Below are positions 1 through 10,646 of a DNA stretch of 63,551 nucleotides, piece after piece. The notes below the pieces were generated by a model. That model did no database searches, was not told the origin of the DNA, and saw only the letters and a list, made by a program, of their open reading frames with translations. Source of the stretch: Peribolospora baueri (taxonomy: Eukaryota); contig JAMDHS010000109.1 of the NCBI GenBank assembly GCA_029717555.1, positions 1-63,551 on the forward strand, given 5' to 3'. Made by a program: the position numbers and the translations under genes. Numbering within the stretch: the first letter of the stretch is position 1; the number at the start of each line of letters is the position of its first letter.

Positions 1-38
<38 letters not shown>

Positions 39-115
39 GCGAGCGAGCGGACATCGGAGAGGCCGCGAAACGACGCGACTCGACTCGACTCGACTCGACG
101 TGATGCTGTGCTCAC

Positions 116-2838
116 GAATCCAATCTTCCTCCACGCGCTACTGTCGTCAGGCTCTCGCCAAAAGCAAAGCAATAACAACGCCTGAACTGTCTCCAAGCAG
201 GATGTCGCGTCGGTGCCCATGGCGTGCTCCACGCCCTGTCGAGCCGAGGCGAGCAGGCGCGGGTAGAGGTCGAGGCGGGTGAACTTGGACGAGACGGCAA
301 GGAGGGCCAAAAGAAGGAGGTCCGAGTGCGGTCGTCGGTGAAGGCGGGAGAAGGAGTGTAGGACGGGGTCTAGCAGCGCGACGAGCGGGTTGAGCCGCTC
401 GAAGTAGCTTTCGGTCGGGGAAATGGGGAAGCGAGTCGCGGGGAGATAGGAGATCAGCGAGCCCGCGACGACCATGTCAGGACAGCGTGGGGCGTGGCGA
501 AAACAGGTTTGCGGCCACTCACAATTGGAAGAGCTCCCTCGCCTCGGTCGCTTCCAACGCGACCTCAGGAAGTCTACCGAAGGGGCTCTCGACTGGCCGA
601 TCCTGATCGGGGGGGATTGCGGTGGACGAGCTAGCGGCGTACGGCTCTGGAGGCAGAGGAGGTGGTAACGGGTTGAGGACGCTTGCGAGGGAATGCTTGG
701 CGTGGCTGGACGGCATAGGTTCGCTCATGCCGTCTCCAGCGTCGATGTAGTATGGAGGAGCGGAGGTGGGGTGAGGAGGGAGGGTGGGTGGAGAGGCCGA
801 AGTGGGTAGAGGACGGGAGACGGTGGGATCCGAGGGCTTGCCTGGGGAAGCTAGGACGGGAGCGAACGAAGAAGATGGGTCTGTGGGACTACCGAGATGT
901 GGGTGCAAAGGCGGGGAAGAAGGCGTCGACGCGGACGTAGACGCGGTTTTGGGGCGAACGAGCGTGAGCGCGCCGGAGGCTGACTCGATGCGACCTGAGT
1001 ATGGTGCCGGAGTGTGTTTAGGGAAGGGGAGCATCATGAGAGCGTGTTTAGTGAAGGGGAGCATCATGCGTCGCGCGTCGAGAGAAGCGGAGCGGGACGG
1101 ACGCAAAGGTAGAGAAGAATGCATAGAATGGCAAGCCAAGGTTGGACAGATTGTCAGGGCGGACAAAGCTCGTGTGAATGTCGTGGAAACGACAAGGAGG
1201 TGGTAACCAAGACTGCTCACGGCTTGCCTTTGAGGCGGAGGTTGAGATTCTCAAAGGAGCGCATACGTAGAGACCATGTCAGCGTGGCGCCTGTGGTGTG
1301 CTCCGAGGCATGTGCTTCGGTCCAGGAAACCGAAAAATATAAAACGACAGGGACAAAAACAAAAGAGGAAAAATTAAAGCACGTTTGCTCACTTTGCGCC
1401 GGGCTGTCGGCCGCGTTGGTGTTCTGGCACGACGCAGTCCATGTTCAGGCGGACGCACCGGGTGCAAGCCTTGCTGCCTTCGGCTGCGCGTGGGGATGGG
1501 AAAAGAGGAGGATCAGTGGAAAGAAGGTGGACATTGCAAAAGGGTGGAGCGGCGGGAAGGAGAAGGAGGATAGGACGAGGGATATCGGTTGGAATTTAGG
1601 CGGGGTCGACGTCAGCGAAGAGCAGACAGAGCCATCTGCCCCATCCGACTATCCGCTGTCCTTTCCGAAGCCATACATAAAGGTAACACAAATACGGTAC
1701 TCACGAATATTGCATCGGACCTGCGGTGTTGGTGATAGAAGGTGGCAAGGCGATGAAGCAAGCCAAGAGGGAGCGACGTCAGCCAAGGAGAAACCGACCC
1801 GACTCTAGTCTACTTCTGGGCACAGAACCGCGCATGTGTAGATGCGGCGAATAACTGGAGAGAAGGAAGGAATAGAAGGAGAAGGGAGAATGGGCGGGTA
1901 CGAAGACGTAATCGTCCCAGCCTGACTTCCTCGTACGATGTGAGTCAAAAAGCGGACGGGACAAAAGACGAGACGAGACGAGACGAAACAAGAAGGGAAA
2001 AGACGCAAAAGAGACGAAAAGAGAAGATAACCGACGAGAAGACGAGCCGTCCGTCCGTTCCGTCCTTATTCAGAGCCGGAAAAAAAAAGGAAAAACACGA
2101 CGCGCGTTGCCGGGCGGGCGAGGTGGTGTAGGCAAGGCAGCCTCCGCTGGCGGAGGTAGGATTGTCAAAATGGATGGAAAAGGAAGGAGGCGGCGGAAAT
2201 GGAGGAAGACAAAGAAGCAGAGAAGGAAGGAGAGGAAGAAAGGAAGAAAGGAGAAAAGCCGACGGGACTGATAGGGACGATGAAACGACATGAAGGAGCA
2301 CGACTCGCGCAACCGTCCAACGCCGGCAGCCACCACGGGTCATTCCAACTCGCCGGGACGCTCGACTCGACTCGACTCGACTCGCCTTGATGGACCGACA
2401 ACCGAGGCAGGCCCTCCTCTGCGCGTACTCGCTGCTGGACGAACGGGTTTTCCGCTTGCCCACCGAAGCCCGCGTCCCGGTCCCGGTCCCCGCCGTTGTT
2501 GCTGTTGTCGTTGTTGTTGTTGTTGTTGTTGTTGTCCGTTGGACTCGGACTCGGATCCGGTCGTCGCGAGTAGGGTCGTCGTCGGACGCGGGCGGGCGGG
2601 GGGATGGGGGCAGGGACGGGTACGACGGTGATGGCGGTGGTTGCGATGGACGTAGACGAGGGCGGGCGCGGGTGCGGGTGCGGGTGGGTAAGACCCAGGA
2701 AGGGCGGCGGGCGGAGAGGGAAGGAGGAGGGACATGAATGCGGGAAGGAGGGGGAGGGGGGAAAGAAAGAGGAGCGGGGAAGAAGACGCGGCGGGAAAAT
2801 GGGAATGATAGCCTTTGAAGGGTAGAAGTCCGGCACAT
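116..2838 (-). CDS. Zn(II)2Cys6 fungal transcription factor, multi-exon, 3' end beyond left window edge; start codon uncertain
   Basis: Spliced reconstruction RRACLGCRSIK|VRCNI|PEGSKACTRCVRLNMDCVVPEHQRGRQPGAK (exons ending 2386, 1720-1705, 1483-1393) gives C-x2-C-x6-C-x8-C-x2-C-x6-C. Downstream exons (EARELFQL; YFERLNPLVALLDP...QALLLLCFWREPDD..AWRKIG) resemble the fungal TF middle homology region. Confidence 0.85.
2494..2534. repeat. (GTT)n trinucleotide microsatellite in the TF 5' exon
   Basis: Direct reading: gttgttgttgttgtt run. Confidence 0.9.
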
Positions 2839-4285
2839 GACCGTGGACTAACTCTGCTAGCCAGACAGACACACACACAGACATTCACGCACACGCTCCT
2901 TGGACGATACGCGCGGGTGCGACGCGGCTGGTCTCGAGACGTATTGTCTCGTCGTCTCGTCTGTCCTAGTCTGGTCTGGTCCCAGTCTGGTCTCGTCTTG
3001 TTAGGTCTATCTGGTCAACCGGCGTATGCGCCTTTGCCTGACCCACGCACGGCTCGGAGCGGCACCTGCTGCCGTATATTCACGTACGATTCAGCTATTT
3101 CGCTTCCGTCCTGTGCGTGCACGCGCTGCCCGTCCCCGTTCCGTTCCCTTCGTCCTCCCACGGCACGGTCTTGGTCTCTTGCGTCGCACAGCAAGCCCTG
3201 CCCTGGCCCGTCGGACGAGGCAAAGGCAAAGAAAGGCGTTGGTCGGAGAGGAAGGAGTGCGTTGCGCAGCGAGTTGCGAAACACGACCGAAAGAAAACGT
3301 CCGTCTCGCCGCCGCTGTTGCCGTTTGCCCCGGCACGCTGGCTCTGTCTGTCGCACCGTGTCCAGTAACCGCGCTATGCAGTCGCTCGCTGCAGTAACGA
3401 CCCCACCGATCTTTTACGCAAGAGCCCGCTCACCTCGCTACCGTCGGCGTTGAAACAAGGAGGACACCGATCGCCGGTCCGGTCCCGTCTATCGGCGTGT
3501 TTGTCCGCCCCGGCCCCGGCCTCCAGCCCGACCTGTCCAGCCCAACCGGCCTCCGCGCTTCCTTCCACCCGCCTCGCCGCGTTTTCTCAGCCTCTCCCAT
3601 CATGCGTCCAGCAGTAGCAGTGGTAGCGTAGCAGTAGTAACGAGCTAATTAGTCCACCATTTAAGGAACGGACAGACGCCGTGTCCTCCGAGCCACATTC
3701 ATACTCGGCGGCTCCATGCACCCAACCGACGCGACGCATGCGATGCCATGCCCTGCCCTGCCCTGCCCGGCGCGATCGATCGACTCGTGCGTTCGCCCGT
3801 TCTCCCTTGACGCTCGCTCGCTCGCTCTCATGAGGCGCGACCATGCAGGAATGGACAGCCTCTCTCGCTAGCTCGTACACCCCTGCGTGCCCCCCCGCCG
3901 ATCTCTGGCACGACCCAAAAAAAAATAGGAATGAGAACAAAAGCGTAGATCCATGTCGACCGCCACACCCAGGTCACTCCCACTCAGTTAGAGAATATAG
4001 ATGTCATGTAACGTGACCTGTCACGTGAGGAAGATCTTTGTACCTAGACCAACACGAGGTCCACTGGCTCCTGTGAAGATAACTACGACGAAGTATACAT
4101 CATCAACACAACGTCTAATAACTCACTCCCCTCGTTCGAGCCGCCGTTGTCGGTCATTCTGCCGCAGCACCGCCGCTCTCACGTGCTTCCGCCCATCCTC
4201 GTCCTCCCCGCCTCGATCGGGGTTCGCCGCCGCGCTTTGTCTTCGCATCGACACCACCTCCGCGCAAAAAGAAGCCAGGCCAGAC

Positions 4286-6351
4286 ATGACTATGGCCTCT
4301 TCGCCGCCCCCTCCCTCCTCCACCTCTTCGTCTTCCTCCTCCTCCTCATCTTCCTCCTCTCCTCTCCCGAAACTGTACCGCATACCCGACTCCGCACGGT
4401 CCAAGGCATCCGTTGCGGAGAAGAGGATCCGCTCCGATCATGATATGCTCACGTGGGCTCACTCGCCTGCCTACGCTCGTTATACGCTCTTCGTTCGTAG
4501 GCTTAACGAGGCTGTCGTCGATAGGCCTCTCGATGAGGAAACGCACGTCGGAGAGGTGAGTCCCGGGCACCGTCCCAGAAGGGCCAAGAAGAAGGGACGC
4601 TTAGTTTCCCCCTTCGTCGTCCGCGCCCACAGTTCGTCCACCGTCTTCTCCATCTCCTCGACGAGATGTACGCATGGGTAGACTCCATCCCGCCTCTCCA
4701 GACTCCGCAGCGGTTTGGAAACCTTGCGTTTCGAGAGTATGGAAAAAAGGTTGAAGAGGTGGGGTGGCCGTCTCCTTTTGAGCAATTATTTAATTTCTCA
4801 CCAACTGCTGGTTCGCAATTGATCGTCCACCTCGTCCTTGATCCCCATCGCCGCCTCGCGTCATCGCCCCGCCGCCTCCAGTCCGCCCTCGACCTCCACC
4901 GCTCTTTGCTCCCTTCCTCCCTCCACCCGCTCATACCCGAGCTGATCCCGTACTTCACCGACTCCTTTGGCTCCTTCGTCCGCATCGACTACGGTTCTGG
5001 CCATGAAATGTCCTTCGCCGCCTGGCTGGCCCTTCTCTACATGGCAGGCGCCTTGGAAGAACGAGATGAAAGGGCACTCGTGTCGCGGGTGTTTGTACGC
5101 TACCTTGACCTCGTCTGGACCCTTCAAAGTACCTACCAGCTCGAGCCGGCTGGTAGCCATGGCGTGTGGGGGTTGGTGAGTGGCGCGCGCGGGACGGACG
5201 AACGAACGAGCGGACGATGGCCTCTGATCTGCGGTTTCGTTTACGCTCCTTTTGCTTCTTCCTCGTCATGTCGTTGCTCGTTCGCAGGACGACTATCACT
5301 TCTTACCCTACATTTTCGGATCGGCGCAACTCCGACGTGGGCATCCTCCTCGTTCTATTCCTTCTCCGCCCTCCGCTCACACACTCCTCTCTTTTGCCCA
5401 CCAGACCATCCCACCCTCCTACCCTCTTCCGTCCTCTCCCCGCTTACCGTCTCCGCCGAAGCACGCACGAACCTCTACTTTCGCTCCATCGCCCGCATTC
5501 ACGACCTCAAGCGCGGGCCGTTTGCCGAACACTCCCCCATCCTCAACGACGTCGCCACCTCCGTACCCACTTGGTCCAAAGTCAACTCGGGCATGCTCAA
5601 AATGTACGCCGCCGAGTGCTTGGGTAAACGGCCTGTTGTCCAGCACTTTCCCTTCGGTGCGCTCGGATTTGTGTGGGGTGTGGCGCCAAACGAGGACGGT
5701 GATGGCGAGGGAGGCGGCATGCAGTCCTCGGGCAACGCTGCCCCACCCCCGGCGACCGTGCCGTCGCGAATGCCCGACCGCCCTTCGCCTTCCTCCTCCC
5801 TGATGAGCCTCACAGCAGCGCCATGGGCCCTCGCCTCCGGATCGTCCTCCGTTCCCATCATGCCCGCTGTCCATCCGTCCGGCGGAGGCGACATTGGTCG
5901 ATCCGCCGAGGCGGGCGCCTCCAAGTCCAAGAGGGTCTTCCCCTTGCCTTCCTCGTCCTCCTCCTCGTCCTCCGCCGCGTTCACGCCCGCAGACGCGAGC
6001 TCGGGCTCGTCGGAGCCTTACACCGTCTCCGGGCCCTCTCTTCGTCCCCCTCGGCCCACGCCCACGCCCACGCCCACGCCCACGCCCACGCCCACGCCCA
6101 CGTCCTCGCCCGCCCCCGCCCCCGCCCCAACGACTCGCTCGGCCACGGCCACGGCCACACTCGCCGATACAGGCTCCGCCGCGGCGGGGTCGAGTCCGTT
6201 CGGGAGCATGCCCCCGCCGAGCGTGCCCGTGGGAGCCAGGAGGTCGCCCGGCGGTGGGACGCAAGAAAGGAGACGATGGATGGACGGTGGCGGCGGGGGG
6301 GAGCGGTTGAGGAAAGTCGACGCGGACGCGGACGCGGAGGAGCAACGATGA
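4286..6351 (+). CDS. RRD1: Phosphotyrosyl phosphatase activator (PTPA / PP2A activator, RRD1-like), multi-exon
   Basis: PTPA motifs PQRFGNLAFR, SFGSFVRIDYGSGHE, YQLEPAGSHGVWGL|DDYHFLPYIFGSAQL, KRGPFAEHSPILND, WSKVNSGMLKMY..ECLGKRPVVQHFPFG. The RRD1 versus RRD2 call is inferred from the long low-complexity tail. Confidence 0.9.
6055..6102 (+). repeat. (CCCACG)n hexanucleotide coding repeat giving (PT)n
   Basis: Direct reading of tandem cccacg units within the PTPA C-terminal tail. Confidence 0.9.
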
Positions 6352-6793
6352 TGGGTTCGAATCGAAATCAAGATGGACTCGGGACGTTCGTGGCGTGTCG
6401 TGACGTGTCGTGTCGTGTCGTGATGATGAACGCAATATCACTTTGACGACACGCTACTCGGTTGCCGTCGTCCGTCTCTAGCCTTTTGCTCGCACGACCG
6501 ACCGCAAAGGTGTATAAGAGCGTGAGGGCAGATAGATTGAAGGACCGGGACGTGGGGAAGGCGGGGTGGAGAGGAAATCGCAGAGTCCAGAGCGGCAGCG
6601 ACGGAAACGATGACGACGGACGGAATGGAATGAACGAGTTAAGACGACGTCCATTCTTCCTTCATTCACGGCGACGACACCGACCCGTCCTCCTCCTTCT
6701 AACTTGCACGACTTTAGACCGCTTCGGGGAAACCTTAGGGGCGTCTGGCTGCGGTTGGTTCGGCGCATGCTACCAGTTCGCTTTGCTTAGTTT

Positions 6794-6794
6794 C

Positions 6795-6845
<51 letters not shown>

Positions 6846-6871
6846 CTCTCTCTCCCTCTCTCCCTCTCTCT
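6794..6871. repeat. (CT)n microsatellite, interrupted
   Basis: Direct reading. Confidence 0.9.
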
Positions 6872-7435
6872 CGTGCTTTCCGCCCGCTCGTCCGTCCGTC
6901 CTTTCTTGCCAGCGCCTCTTCTTGTGTGGCTCCTCGCTGGCAGACGGGCGCTCGCGGACGGGCGGCGTGTGTAGTGTAAGGAGGGCGCTATCACTATCAC
7001 TGTTTCGGCGCGACGCGATGAGACAGACCCGTCTTAGCGAGATGTCCCCCCTTCGTCGCTAGTGGCTAGATTAGTATAACCCCTCCCGACGGGACGGCCG
7101 CAGCCAGTCTCGATCATGACGATGACGATTACGGCCACCTTCGTCCGTCCGCGTCTGTCGCCCGCACGTCCCTTATCTGTTAACCTTACCCCCGCCGTCG
7201 AGGGCCACTTTTGTTTTGTTTTTACTTTTTGTTACTCAGCCCTGACCCCTTTTTTTCAACATCCCGTGTGTAGAAGAGGCCGTACAATATTCTAAGCGGC
7301 GAACGAACGAACGAGGTAGGCACTTGCCGCACCGTCCGGTGGTTATCGCGAATCGGATCTTTCGACCGCCGCCGCCGCCGCCGCCGCCGACAACGACGAC
7401 GACGACCGCTCCTTCGACGTTCACTTCAGGCGAAA

Positions 7436-9580
7436 ATGACGACATCGTCGGAGCCTCCCGCTTCTTCACATCCTACTTCCTCTGCCGACCCCTCATCGGA
7501 CCGCCCGGCCACCACGTCATCTTCCCGCCCACCCGGCCTATCACCCATTTCCGCTCCCGCTCCCGCTCCCTCACGATCTCCCTCTCCTGCCTCCTCTTCC
7601 GGGACGACACGCAGGCCGTCCTCAGGTCGGGGAAAGTATCTGCTCTTGGTAGATCGGGAGTCGGGAGAGGCGCACGAGGTCGTCCTCGACCCTCATCCCT
7701 CGGACCCATCCTCGTCAGCCGCGCCGTTGCATGCGCTCTTGCTAGGTAGCGACGGCGGCGGCGGCGAAGGCAGTGTAGGAGTCCTTGGAGATCGCGCAGG
7801 AGGGGGACAAGGCGAGGAAGACGAGCTGCCGCCTTCGTACGAGAGCGTCGTCTGCGCCGGCACCCGGCGTGGGGACGGAGCGCGAGCCCGTCGTGCGTCC
7901 CACGACCGCGCCCCGTCTTCGTCCTCCCCTGGGCCCGGAGGATGGGCTTTAAACGCCGAGCCCAGCTCGAGCACCGGGCAGGCGGCCAGCTCGGTTCGAC
8001 GACCGTCGGCGATGACGGCGGCCAGTGGCGAGCGCTCTGTCACCACGACCCCCTCAGCTGCGGACGGGGACGGTAGACGGCAAGGGCGAAGTTCGTCTAC
8101 TAACACGGCGAGCGAGGAGCTGATCATCACGCCGGACGGAGACGTCATCGAGGTGGTCCGACGACGAGAAGGTTCGCGGCCTTCGAGGCGGGTCAGCGGC
8201 GCTTCCGTGCGCTCGCTCGGTGACGCCGCCGGCGGTGGGGCCGGGGTGACGGTGGAGCAGCTCGGTAGAGTACGAGGGTTCGCCCTGTCGCGCTCGAGGT
8301 CGATGGGCGGCAGCAGCAACAGGAGACCCGCAAGTCTTTCCGACCTCGTCCCGGCGGCGCCGCGGAGCATTGACTCTCTCCTCGCCGGCTCTGGTCCCAC
8401 CGAAGCGGACGGGCCCCGAGAGTATGAGCTCGACTCCAGCAGCCGCCCTTTGCCTCCTTCGTCCGCGCATCTACGGTCCCCGTCGTCGCGCCGCCGCCGA
8501 CGCTGCACCTCCTGGTCGATGAGCGCCTACTTGGCTCCGGCGACGTCTCGACAATCCTGGCTGAGTCTGTGCCACCTCGTGGTCATCAACTTTCCCCTCG
8601 CCCTCTTCGGATGGGTGTTGCTCTTCGTCGGCACGCTCGCCGGCACCGGTCTCTTGGTCACTTTGCCCATAGGGTGCGTCTCCCTTACGTACCGTCCTCG
8701 TTCGTTCTTTCAGAGCGCCCGCGTGCTCCCTAGGACGACGTGCGCAGGGTGGAACTGAACATTTCTTTCCATCTCCTCTCCCTTCCCGCCTCGTCGCGTG
8801 CGCAGAGCCATCCTCTGGCTCTTGACGTTGTACATGTCCAGGTCCCTTGCGCGGTTAGAGGTGCGTGGCCAGGGCGAATGTCGTTTACATGCGACTGACG
8901 GACGTAACGCTGGGCGGCCGTATGGCTCACCGAGCTCGTTGGCGGTCCGCATCTTTCTCTTTCCTTTCCACCGTCTTTGTCCCCCTCCCTCCCTCCCGCG
9001 CCCGCCAGCTCGCCACCCTGTCTTACTTCCATGGCTCGCTGCCTTCCCGACCAACTTCGCCGCCGCCGCCGCCGCCGGCGCTCCGACCCGTCTTCACTCG
9101 ACCGCGACGCTCGTCGTCACGACGGGCCGTCGTCGGCCGAGAGGAGGGTGGCGTGTCCGACGTCGGTAGCGGAGGCGGAGGCGGAGGGGGGGAGACAGAG
9201 CCGCTCCTGGGAGGGCGGGCGGCGCGGGAAGGAGAGGAGGAACAGAGTTTCTTGAGCAAGTGCTACGAGATGGTGACCGACGATTACTCCTACAGGGTGA
9301 GTGGGCGCGGGCAGCGGAGGTTGGGATTTCTCGCCGACGGACGGACGGGCGAGCGCTGACTGGGACTGTGTTCGCCTCGTCGGCCCGCCCGGCCATTGGC
9401 GATCAGACTCTGTTCTACCATCTCCTCATAAAACCGGCCCTGACGCTCCCGCTCTCCATCCTCCTCGTCCTCGTCGTCGCCGTCACCTTTCCCCTCGTCT
9501 TCACCATCCCGCTGGGCATGCGCTTTGTGCGAGAGGCGGGAAGGATGACGAGGGATGTGGGGTGGGAGTTTTTGAGATGA
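7436..9580 (+). CDS. Uncharacterised multi-pass membrane protein with disordered N-terminus (PPSY motif); membrane part resembles the putative sensor domain family
   Basis: ORF 7436-8672 plus GT-AG exons: HLVVINFPLALFGWVLLFVGTLAGTGLLVTLPIG|AILWLLTLYMSRSLARLE|LATLSYFHG...EMVTDDYSYR|TLFYHLLIKPALTL...; ELPPSYESV and ETEPLL motifs. Confidence 0.65.
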
Positions 9581-10646
9581 TCCGTCCCGTCGTGCTCGGC
9601 CTGGATGCGTCATATGGATGGGGATGAAGGAGGGCTTTCTTTCATTCATTCTTTATTTGTATTCTCTTTCGCCGGCAAGGAAAGCAAAGCGAGCTGGCGT
9701 CGTCCGACCGCATGTTCGTTCGTTCGTCTGTCTGGTCGTCTGGCCGTCTGTCTCGTCCAAATAAGGAAAAGACAAAGATGCGAGATTGATTCCGCCGCGT
9801 CGATCAGGCCTCGCTCGTCTCGTTCGATGCGCCGTTTCAGGCAGGCCGTATGCTCTGCGTGGAGTAAAAGGGGGGAGAGGAATGGAGGGTACGATAGGGT
9901 ACAATGCATGCTTCAAGCCGTTGGACGTTCGATTTGCTCGCGTGAGTTGTGCGTGGCCGATGCCGCCGGCCGGCTCGAGTTCGTCGTCGTCGGTTCGGTC
10001 CGGTGCGCCGGCCGGCGGCAGGACTAAGACTTTGCGAGTCTGTTGTGGGGGCGGCGGCGGAGGAAAAGGGGATTGGATGATCATCAGTGACGGAGGAAAA
10101 AGAGAGATGAGGATGATCGTCGGTCGTGCTCTTTCATCCATCCTCTCTCTCTCTTTCCAACGACGGCGAGCGAGAAAGGACGTCGTAGTTACGACCTCGC
10201 CCCCTGCACACGTTCATGTCGCTCGTCGCAATGATGTCTCTCTCCCCCCTCTCTCTCAGGCACGCCATGTCATGTCATGTCATGCCCATTGTTATGTCCA
10301 TGTCCATGTCCATGTCCCCGCCGCCGGCATGTGCGTCATGTGAGCTGAGCTGAGCTTGCCTCCGCCGTCGTCTGCGAGCAATGTCGGCCTTTCCCTCTTC
10401 TCTCTCTCTCTCTGTGTGCCTGAGCCAAGACGTCCTCTTTCCCTTCCTTCGTCATCGCCCCCCTTCTTCCTTCATCTCCACCATCTCGCCCTCTCCACCA
10501 TCCCCCATCCCCCGTCCTCCCCCACTTTGCACCTTGCGCCTTGCACCTCCCTCCCCCTTTGACGATCCACAACCCCACGCTCCTTTCACGCCCACATACT
10601 CCCTCCCCCAGGACTCACCACCATCGCCGGCCATCGGCCACGCACC

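Noticed and set aside
1..34. Poly-A run suggesting a retrocopy or mRNA tail
   Set aside because: On the minus strand it is a poly-T tract following a branch-like GCTTAC inside an intron of the TF gene, at the window edge.
1012..1068. ~30-bp tandem duplication (MMLPFTKHAL/MMLPFPKHT in the ORF track)
   Set aside because: Only two copies, and it falls inside the predicted intron 1220-995; not CRISPR-like and not coding.
5419..6446. Long overlapping antisense and alternative-frame ORFs here and elsewhere (e.g. 11133-11984, 12769-13818, 54131-55312)
   Set aside because: Expected shadow ORFs of GC-rich, codon-biased real genes; no independent motifs.
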